The notes under the pieces were generated by a model. That model was given only the letters and a program-made list of their open reading frames with translations, searched no databases and was not told where the DNA came from. 64,000 bases of DNA from Tubulanus polymorphus (taxonomy: Eukaryota; Animalia; Nemertea), in contig NC_134028.1 of the NCBI RefSeq assembly GCF_964204645.1, forward strand, positions 25,292,345 through 25,356,344. The letters run 5' to 3'. Made by a program: the position numbers and the translations under genes. How positions within the stretch are numbered: the first letter of the stretch is position 1; every line of letters starts with the position of its first letter. Shown here one piece after another: positions 54,266 through 64,000 of this stretch.

Positions 54266-55492
54266 GGAAGACGGTCAGTATTCGAGCAATTACAACATAA
54301 ATACTGACCGCCAGAATGTAATGATAAACTAAAGTTCGTAATCTTTAAAATTCTATCCGTCCGCTTTCAGCTCTCTTACTAAATGCACGTGTGATTTCAC
54401 TTTGAATTTAATATTATATTTATTAAAATTCAATCATATCAAATCATCATCCTGGGACCAGTTTCATTATTTCTCAGTTAGAACTTGACTCCAGATGTCA
54501 AAGCGTTGGAAGTGAACTGATTTGAATCGGCGATGGATTTGATTCAGTAAATCGCCCACTTAGAAAAGAAAATGTTTACAGTAGTCAGGAAATGTTTCCT
54601 TTAGTAAATGCCTTATTTTCGACTCCTGGAGATGACTATCAATATAGTCAACTTTATCCCAATAGTCATCTTCAGTAGTATAACCGCAGACCAATCAGAT
54701 TAGTTCCATTGGTCTGCCGTACGAGAACCGGGTTCGAACCCCGGTGAGTGCCCGTAATTTGAACACTGTTTATTCCCCGATCGTTACGAAACACCAAAAT
54801 TAGGAAACCTTTTCGGAATCGTTTTACTTTTTCAAAGTTTGGCATTTGCTGTATCATCTTCACAACACTTGCGGCGGGTTTATCAAATGGTTATCCTATG
54901 GAGTCAAAACTAACCATGGAAACTGTGTGGAACTGGAACCTTCGCTATTTATTATTCAATTGTTATTGCGTTCGTCACACGCAGCGGTCGCAGTGAGACC
55001 TTTATTGGTTCAATCGGGCCACAAACGATTTGTCAACAAATCATCCGAAATAATCCTTTCGGCCGAAACAATGATGATCATTCCTTAAAAGAGGGGAATT
55101 ACTTATTACAAATATATAAATGATTATTAAGATATATCAACTAAGAAATTATAATCCTCTAATACATATCAATTTCAATTTATAATCTATCACTGATATT
55201 AATTCTATCTGTTTTATTACATCATTCACATTATATTGTAGTATTTTTACAGTAGATTCCATTAGAAAGTCGGATCTGCCAAACACCGGAGAAATGCACA
55301 TAACCACTTAACTGAAATTGTATTTTATGGCTTTCCACGTGAAGTAGATATTCAATCAACTGAGGATATAATCGCTCAAATCGGACACATTTCCACGGTC
55401 CAAAAAGATCCGACTTCAGTAGAATTTACTGTATCGATCATGACGAATTTCACGATTGAATATCTCACAGTTTCCCTCATGTTTCCTTGCAG

Positions 55493-55611
55493 GTGCGTAC
55501 TATTGCTTAAACATGATTCTCATTACACTGTCAACGTTCTTGTCCGTTATAGTCATAAACCTATACTTCCGTGGTGATAGAAAAAACCGTGTACCAAGAT
55601 GGCTAAAACTG
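55493..55611 (+). CDS. nAChR subunit coding exon 6 (M3 and MX start)
   Basis: ccttgcag| acceptor and |gtacgt donor. Encodes (G)AYYCLNMILITLSTFLSVIVINLYFRGDRKNRVPRWLKL, the M3 helix followed by the conserved P-x-W motif. Confidence 0.96.
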
Positions 55612-55668
55612 GTACGTACCGTATTACAACAATGTATTACAAAGTATTACAGGTCATTGGGGCACCGA

Positions 55669-56007
55669 CATCCTCCCCCGGCAGGGATTCGAACCTGATG
55701 GCATCGAGATTGCCACGGCACGAAACCCTGCCATTATCGACCGTGTGCGCAGATACATGCGCAGTTCAGATGATGTGATTTTTAGCCAATCAGAAATCCC
55801 GTTTTATTTTAGCCCGGGGTTTCCCATTTATAGTTCTTCCTTGAAATTTGCCTCAACGATTATACAACGAGCAATCTGATTGGTGCCGCCAGTTTTCGTT
55901 CGGAAAGCTGCGCATGTACCTGCGCACCCGGTCTACTGATGCAGGGGTTCGTGCCGTGGCTGAGTGTAGAGATGCCATCAGGTTCGAGTCCCTGCAGAGG
56001 GAGGATG
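55669..56007. mobile_element. Non-autonomous Mutator/foldback-type element with ~100-bp TIRs and a 9-bp TSD
   Basis: Arms 55669-55766 and 55905-56007 are imperfect reverse complements (CATCCTCCC...GGGAGGATG). The direct repeat gggcaccga flanks it at 55660-55668 and 56008-56016. Confidence 0.8.
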
Positions 56008-56183
56008 GGGCACCGACGGCACGCACTAGATGGCGCACCATGTTTTATATCGTTAATATATATTGACTTACCATACGATACGCGCGCCATCTAGTGGGAT
56101 AAGCACGTGGTTGTTATTATTATTGATCGGTTTTAATTGTCGTTTCGAACTCATTATCTTCAACCTCTCATTTTGTGTCGTAG

Positions 56184-56657
56184 GTGATGGTGGATTTCCT
56201 CGCGTGTTTGATGTGTTTGCGCGGAGAAATCATTCCCGAAGAACAAAAACGTTTAGAAACTGTCAAAACCGACGGTAAAACGAAAGACAAGAAGAAAATC
56301 AAATGCCCAGAGTTAAAATATAACAAATTCCAAATGTCAGACGTCTACCGAGACGGGAATCACGCCCGCAACCACGCCGAGTCGACCTCACCGGACAAAT
56401 CTCCGATTCATCTAAGTCATTCTCTTGAATCAGACGTCAGAGAAATAAGGCGCCAAATACGAACTATTATGCACCGAATAACGGACAAAGAGGCGCAGGC
56501 CAAAGTGAATCTGGAATGGCGAATTGTGGCGCTCGTTTTAGACCGGTTGTTTTTCTTCATTTATCTAACTACGATCATTGTGTCGCTAGCGACCATATTC
56601 CCCAGAACGCAAAACATATCCGACGTCACAGAGACGACCACGCCCGGCACGTCCTGA
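56184..56657 (+). CDS. nAChR subunit final coding exon 7 (intracellular loop, MA, M4, C-terminus)
   Basis: tgtcgtag| acceptor in phase 0. Contains EWRIVALVLDRLFFFIYLTTIIVSLATIF (MA-M4 signature) and ends at TGA 56655-56657. Spliced CDS is 154+194+110+455+87+119+474=1593 nt, or 530 aa. Confidence 0.96.
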   Translation: MMVDFLACLMCLRGEIIPEEQKRLETVKTDGKTKDKKKIKCPELKYNKFQMSDVYRDGNHARNHAESTSPDKSPIHLSHSLESDVREIRRQIRTIMHRITDKEAQAKVNLEWRIVALVLDRLFFFIYLTTIIVSLATIFPRTQNISDVTETTTPGTS

Positions 56658-56828
56658 GATGAGAATCGGTCGTATACAGAGGGATACTTCGTCGACGATA
56701 AAATGCTGTTATTCCAACTAGACAATGAAAGTACAGTAGTTCTTACTACAACATAAACTCGAACTAACGCGTTCAAAACGAATATGACGAATGATAAGGT
56801 TTCTCTTGCATCAACAACGTTAGAAATA

Positions 56829-57001
56829 CAGTCAACACCCGATATACCGCCTACATCGGTGCAGAACGATTTCGGCGGTATAGAGAGTATGGCGGTATAT
56901 CGGGAGTGTTTTACTATCTATTTGTATAGAGATAAATTGAGAAAACCTGGCGGTAGGCGGGGTGGCGATATATAGGAGGGCGGTATATCAGGGGTTGACT
57001 G
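56829..57001. mobile_element. Tc1/mariner (pogo/Tigger-like) MITE
   Basis: TA|CAGTCAACACCCGATATACCGCC ... GGCGGTATATCAGGGGTTGACTG|TA, with CAGT termini and a TA target duplication. Confidence 0.85.
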
Positions 57002-57264
57002 TATAGCAATTTGAGAAAGAGGTATAGAGCGAGGGTTTTTTCATCAGAGATAACCTTACATTACCTCTGCGAAAATCAATCCCTAGCCATCTTTGCTTCC
57101 ATTTTCAATTGGAATTCTTCCTAATTTTAATTGAACGAGAGCCACGATCTTGCCAGGTTAAAATGATGTCAGTTTTGTTTTTTTGTTAGCACGAATGTTC
57201 ATAGTTTACTGGCGCCAGTTTTTATAGACAATATTCAACTCAATCGCTTATCCTGCGGAGTTAA

Positions 57265-57460
57265 GCCCAACGCCCACGGCACCGAAAAAACGTTTTTTCC
57301 TCGTGAAAAATACGTTTTCGATGGTTTTTTGTAATGCCGTGTGCGAGGGAGGCAAAACACAAAACGCCGAACTGAAAAACGTTTTTCACGAGCAAAAACG
57401 TTTTCTGAAAAACATGTTTTCTGTTTCGGCGAAACAAATATTTTGCCGTGTGCGTTGGTC
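57265..57460. mobile_element. MITE with GCCCAACGC-CACGGCA terminal inverted repeats
   Basis: gcccaacgcccacggca ... tgccgtgtgcgttggtc with internal aaaacgtttt palindromes. Related ends occur at about 4174-4193 and 5856-5873. Confidence 0.7.
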
Positions 57461-60355
57461 ACGAGAACGTTGTGTTAATAAGTATTCAATGAAAAAGCCA
57501 ATGTGTTAAGAGATTTAAACCAATGCGCTAACACTCGCCACGTGTAGTTTTTCCAATGTGACCCATTCGAATCCTGGCGTATTTCGTAATAATTTGCTAA
57601 GGATAAACTGATTTTTTACGATGAACCTATATGAACAGTATGCGTATGATTCTTCATTGGCTACTTTAATGTACTAATCGGTATCTGGCATGAGTACACG
57701 GACACAAACACACAAGACTTAAGTCATTTTTCTACACGAGTGCTTCCATTTGAATTATCATTATTTCTTATTGCGACGAGCAATAATTGCTAGAAAGTCA
57801 ACGCAAAAATCCTCAGGCTGCGTGTGTTTCGTCACCGTTGAAAATGTAGATTTCGCGAGGCCTCTTCTTGTCCTGGATCTGACAAACTGAAAATGCGCAA
57901 ATTTGATAATTCTCAAATGCCAAGATAATTCTCGTTTGTTAATCAAGTTTGATTTTTCTAGGTTTATTTTGATAAAAAGCGACAATGCTGATGATACATC
58001 TTGTTTCCACATTCTTCGGGCGGCTGGCGGCGTTTTGAAAAAAAATGCATTTTTTATAACTTGTTATCGATGAAACTTGATGGTTCTAATCAAACGAACG
58101 TCGTGATGATTCTGCTGGCATTGATATCGAACCAAGCGGCTCGCACACGCTATACAGATCCAGCGAGGCACACCGATTTCGGCGTGCGCGCGACCGGTTA
58201 CGATCGCTATTTTCTCATCTTGATTTCAAAATACGATGCAAGATGTGAAATCTGACTTTTGTAAGACTGTATTATTTAATTCTTCTCGGAGTACTCATAA
58301 TGCCGTTTGATAATTCAATCCGCGGATAACACACATTATATATAATGATATGAATTCGAACATGTTAATATATACATATGGATTATCTATATTATGACAC
58401 AGTGGTTGAAAACACTGCTTTATAAAAGAGCTGTAGATATCAACTCTGCAGACGACTTCAGACAGCGGCCGATGATAAAATCAGAAAAAGAATGATATTT
58501 AAAGTTGAAATCAAAGATCTTATATAGACACTAGACCTTCCAGAATATGATAGCCGCTCCCCGAATTCACCCATGACAATATTTTAGTATAGTGTCGTAC
58601 GGTAAAACAGTATGTTTTTATGTGGCCCTACATCAGTCAGACGCCAATATATCACTACCGTTGTTGCATTCCTTTAAAGCTTTTGTTTTTTTTTCTTAAC
58701 TAGCGAAAGCTGATTTGACCGGTTTTAATTCCGAAGCCTAAGATTTTGTTAGTCAGTTGAGTTGGTTTAAAGAAGAACTGACAAGACAAACCACCGGTGC
58801 CAGTTTTGACCTCGGATGTTAGATAATTCGAAATGAAAGAATTTCAACTTGAACTGTCACAGAAACCAGTTCCGCGGTTCTCTGGTCTCCGGACTCAAGA
58901 GTCAGATTATGACCGAGAGCTCAAAAACCGGGTCTGCGTTTTAAGTAGTTACGTAGTCAGATCACGAGGCAGTTGTCCTTTCTGGAAGCGTCGTGAAACG
59001 TGAATAATAAAATTCGAAAAAAGCATCGATTTAATTCTTCTGAAGGCTGCTGTCTGTAGTAGGTTATGAGAGGGTTATAGTAGCCCACTGAATTAGCTGC
59101 TACAAGGTGAAAATATATCCTACTATATTATCACGAATAAAATACCAAATTGTTCGTCTATTTAGATGTGTTGTATCACATTTCATGACGTTGTTTAATA
59201 TTTAAAATGAAGAAAAACGCTTTAAAGTACTCTAGATGTGATGTGCGCGCGACGCTCACAAACCTGCTTTTTATGGACAAAAATATAGATTAGAAACGAA
59301 GGCACCGACTGTATCTACGTTTTTACCACTTTCACTCACACAATATACGCACTGTGCAATCAAGGCATGACAAAATAAAGGGCAAGAGTTTTGGCCGTTA
59401 TTTTATTGCAGAAATCTATATGAATTCCCCTTTGCGCCAAATAGAACGATAATCGCGTCGCAGATTTCCGGGCAGACCTCGCACGGAGACGATTTGGCGC
59501 CGGCCAAACTGGCCCGAAACCAGACCCCAGTCACATTTGGCGCGTGCATAATTAGAGAGCGATTTCACACTAAAAATCACTAACAATGTCCTGTGATCGC
59601 GGCTTAACGATTTATTCTTCAAAATTCTAAAAAATTCTTAATGTTCGTAGTCAAACAGAATTCGGATTAATTGTGGTATAGAACCTGGTACACGTGCTTG
59701 TCGTCGGTGAGTTTTATATAGCTCTGAATCCAATGCGACGGATCTATCATTTCATACGAGGTGCATTATCTATAAGTAATTCGTATCTGATATTCCCCTC
59801 GAGGTTTCTTCTTTTCATAAATTGTTTGCTGTTATGTTTTGTGTTGATTTTTGTGTTTTGGTTTGAAATTTTAGTCTCGTGCGTGCAGAGTTATCTAATG
59901 ACAAGTTTTGTATCGTAATCGCGTTACTTGAATCTAAAGAAATTCTTGAATCGGATTTAAATCATTTCATCTTTTGTTATGTAGTTTTTTCTTTTTTACT
60001 ATGGAAAGTTAAGACTGCGATACGTGACCGGGTACAAAAATATGACGACGTCTTTATACATGTATTGCGGTTTTGATCAATAAACAAGTGTGTCAAACCT
60101 TCCCTTATTTCCTGATTGGTGTGTGGGATTTTTGAGTCAAAATGTGTTTCACTTACTGTAAAGATTCCAGGCTGAAAACTGAATTACTTTCAATTTTGTA
60201 TAACATTTAGCACCCTTGATTGACCAGTTATTGTTCCTTGGATACTGTACTGTTTATGATGGCGTTACCAAGATTTAACAAATTCCAGTTTAATTCAATG
60301 ATTGTGTGAATCTCATGGATGCATTTAATTGTATATTATATAGAGTATAGACTTA

Positions 60356-60358
<3 letters not shown>

Positions 60359-60411
<53 letters not shown>
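60359..60411. repeat. (GA)n microsatellite
   Basis: Directly visible. Confidence 0.99.
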
Positions 60412-60414
<3 letters not shown>

Positions 60415-60818
60415 GGGGTGAGGAAGAAAAGGGGATGGGATGGGGTATAAAAGATAGTAAGACAGTGAGTTAAAGTGGGTGAGATAAGGAGAGAGTGAGG
60501 CGGAGAGAGGATAGGGATATTCGATATATAGTAGCACTTTTGCAATATGTCTAATTATGATTAAGGGACATCAGTTGCACGGAGTGTGCGATGTTTCTGA
60601 GAATGGATGAAAGAGTATTAGATTGCTATGATGTCGACATCTCAACAGGAAATATTCGAGAAAAGAATTTGATGAAAAACATCGATACTATGTAACGTTC
60701 ATCCTGAAGTAACGAAGTTAAGTCATTCACTAATAGCAAGTACGCAAAACCTGAGTACGCGCCGAGTTGGTTATTGGATTATGACAAAGCTTGTAAATTT
60801 TGAGTAAAAGTGTTTGAA

Positions 60819-61010
<192 letters not shown>

Positions 61011-63758
61011 GTGAGAAGGTGTGTGAGAGAGATGGGTGAGAGGTGAGGGAGGTGGGTGAGAGGGAGAAGGGAGAGAGGGAGGTGGTAGGGGACAGGGCAG
61101 ATGCAGTGTGTGTTGGTATCTTTCAGATTACATTCTGTACGTCGTGAATCTTCTTTTTTTAGAAATAAACACGCAACATATACATATGTTTTATGTTGCT
61201 ACCAAGTGGGAATTGTACGGGTAATTTTGATTACGCTACTATTGTGTGTAAATTTGAATGTGGTCGTGATGTGATGATGGCGGTTTTATTTTCGAAAAAA
61301 AAGAGAAAAAATAAAAGAACGTATATAGAAACATCAATTGAATTTTTGTACTTGTTAGATTAATAGTTAATAGATTGTTGAGATATATTTTTATTAGTTG
61401 GCTATCGAATGTATGTTGTACACCGTCTTCATTGTTTTAATCGTTTCTGTCTTAAGGTGAAGAATGCTTTTTTAGAATGATTGTTGATGGTGTTGATTGG
61501 AAGAGTGTTAGTGAGTTTGAACCTGAGTCATTGAGACGTTTCGAGTGTTTATAAGTACGTTTCTGGAGAATCAACTTTTCCGATCGAACTAATTACAGTT
61601 TTAACCTATTTTAATGATGTGTCTGGTTTAAGTTTTCACCCAAAATTGTCTAAAATAGAACTAATTTCAACTTGAGCTGAGTCAAATTCAACCAAAAACT
61701 TTTATGGAATTGGATCTGGATCTCGGATTCTATAAGCATGTCAGATTTCATCCTGGAATCTTCGGTAGAGCGTTCAAATGGTTGAATAACCATTAAAGAA
61801 AACAAACAGTTTTATGCCTTTATCCTTTTGTTTACATCTTTTGTATACACCCAAGACAAATCTATAAACTGGTACTTGAATACGGTACTAATGGATCGTA
61901 TTATCTTTAGTCAAATTTTATAATTCATTTTACTGTAAAATAGTAAAAAGAATGGTTTTTTTTTCTTCCTGGGATATCAAGACGGGCTTATGTCGACTCA
62001 CGACCTGAGGTGGTCGGTCACAAACGGTCACAGCGACTCATCGCAGGCCGACCTGAGTCCGCCTTTAGGATATCAAAAATAGACAGTGTCTACTCAGGGT
62101 CATTTTCTTTCTTTTGTTAATCGTTTATTATCAAAATTTGTTTGGAAACTCTCTCTCTCCCTCGCTTACTATTTCGATAGATTACATATGATGGATGTTA
62201 CCGTGTTTCTGTTCATGTTTTAAGGCGCGCCGCTATCCTCACCCCTGAATTTAAGTGTTGTTAAAACTAACTTGTGCGCCTCAATGAATGTCACACACAC
62301 GCCGCAATCTATACACACGTCGCATGTCATAACTCTAAATAATACACGTTGACATTGTACAGTGTATTGAACAATAACATTGTATTATAATCATTCAATA
62401 AAAAACGGTTTCAAATTTTGAAAATATATTCGTCGAATTGGTTTTCTTTTTAATCGTAATCGACGTCGGATACGTCATCGGAAATTTGGGTTCGAATCCT
62501 GGTGGTGAACGATTCTGAACGAGTCCGGGCGCGCTTTTTCAATTCTCGGTTGTGTTTTGTGTCTGTAAGGTTCTACGTTTCAGGAACTAATTGTAACTCT
62601 TAGTCAAACTAGACCGACAAAAAGAAATGAAAAGAGGAAAAACTACATATACGAATAGACTGAGTAGTGAAAACCGGTTCATTTTCCATGACATTTGAAA
62701 TAGATTATTAGGCTGCCAAATCCAAATTATCAAACAAGTCATCGGATAGATATAAGATTTCACCGGCAGGCTACGCATTTAACCGAAAATTGATTTACTT
62801 ATGAGAAAAGTTGATTCTAATTTATTTGAAATGTAGAAGGAAATTGAAGCGCGGTTACTCAGTGCCACTAACGATCCCAGCGCGCGTACTATCGTTAAAT
62901 CATCGCTTTGCCGGTATCCAATTAGAGTTTAAAGTGTTTTCTCGAAAACAAACATATACACTTGTTCAGTTTTTGACATCTTTATCTAACTTATTTTGGA
63001 CCGTAGGATTTTGGTTGAACTTTTTCTTTGAATTGTGTTTTGAAAATGTGGAATATCAATATCGATTTCGTAGAGGAAAGTTCTGCTACCGTTCGCTGCC
63101 AATGGAGGTAAATTGTGATAATTTGAGACCTTCTTCCCTCTCTTCTTCGCCTCCTAGAAGCTTAATCAGATTTCGGGAAATAGATGGCCATAACACTTTT
63201 CGTGAAATATACTCGAAATATACTCGAAGTTTAGGTGAAGCGCAGTTAGTATCGACGGTTCATTGGTTCAAGTCATGGTGATAGCTGAGTTAATCGATCG
63301 ACTCTCATCTGACCTATCCGTCATAAAAGATTCCAAACCTATAACCTAACAAGACCTAAATCTTAAAAGAGTTCACATTTCGCCTGAAAAGAGCCGTTAC
63401 ACAGAGCATCGATATTTGCGGGCAAGATCCAATTCCACAGGTTGCGGTTAAAAGATGGCTAAAATCTGATGTTGAAAATAACGAATTTTAAGATTCGTCA
63501 AACGAAACCGAAAACTGCCTGGCCCCGCCGCTTCTACCCCCAAATTGGATAGAATTTTGGAAGACTGCAAACAAAATAATTAAATCAACTCGAAATTACA
63601 CTACGAAACATATATTTTTGAAACTATTAAACTCAATCTTAACAACATCGGTCGAGAGCATTGTACACATTTTGAAAAGTTGGATCAGTTTTTTTTTCAC
63701 GGAACAGACACAAAACCGTCGTTTTTCGCATAAAAACACAAAACATGAAGAGGACAAT

Positions 63759-63998
63759 TCATAAATAAGTACAAAATCTCTGCGAGGGATTCTTCCTCAT
63801 TCTTCTGGCTTTCATCTTTTGTAAATAGCTCATTCCAAGCTCGGACTGCATCGCTTCTTTGCGGCGATGGCCGGAGACTATCAACTCTCCGGACGGTATC
63901 ACACGCATAAATGAGTTCATTATTCCGATGTTCAGTCGGGCCGATGTTCTGATGAATTCATAGCCCCAGTCTTTCACTACGATTGACTCCTCGGCGTA
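63759..63998 (-). CDS. 3' end of a Ras-family small GTPase-like gene (RASD/Rhes/Di-Ras-like), truncated by the window edge
   Basis: Frame is open to the window end: YAEESIVVKDWGYEFIRTSARLNIGIMNSF...KMKARRMRKNPSQRFCTYL*. It shows a G5-like FIRTSAR-N-I--F (cf. F-ETSAK-N-N-V--F), a polybasic stretch and a terminal CaaX (CTYL). G1-G4 would lie outside the window. Confidence 0.65.
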   Translation of the reverse strand, partial: YAEESIVVKDWGYEFIRTSARLNIGIMNSFMRVIPSGELIVSGHRRKEAMQSELGMSYLQKMKARRMRKNPSQRFCTYL

Positions 63999-64000
63999 GG

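Noticed and set aside
55940-56000. tRNA gene suggested by GGTTCGAGTCCC
   Set aside because: No complete cloverleaf or anticodon arm; it is part of the foldback element's TIR.

Overview
Eukaryotic (invertebrate, most likely lophotrochozoan) genomic DNA: AT-rich, CpG not visibly depleted, dense in microsatellites and short inverted-repeat elements. The main feature is one complete + strand nicotinic acetylcholine receptor alpha-type subunit gene (CDS about 35363-56657, 7 coding exon positions, 530 aa). It has a signal peptide, Cys-loop, loop C YxCC and M1-M4. It carries the anion-channel-type 'PA' motif before M2 (PPESPAKM instead of PPxSGEK). The key finding is that the 87-nt exon encoding most of the M2 pore helix and the M2-M3 loop is tandemly duplicated (52109-52195 and 52422-52508). 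Both copies are intact, share splice phase and show mostly synonymous divergence, the signature of mutually exclusive exons giving two pore variants. Candidate RNA pairings and a CTCF-like motif array flank this cassette. The window ends in the 3' part of a convergent - strand Ras-family small GTPase-like CDS with a CaaX end. The first ~35 kb has no recognisable coding exon. All exon calls and pairings were made by eye; no searches were run.
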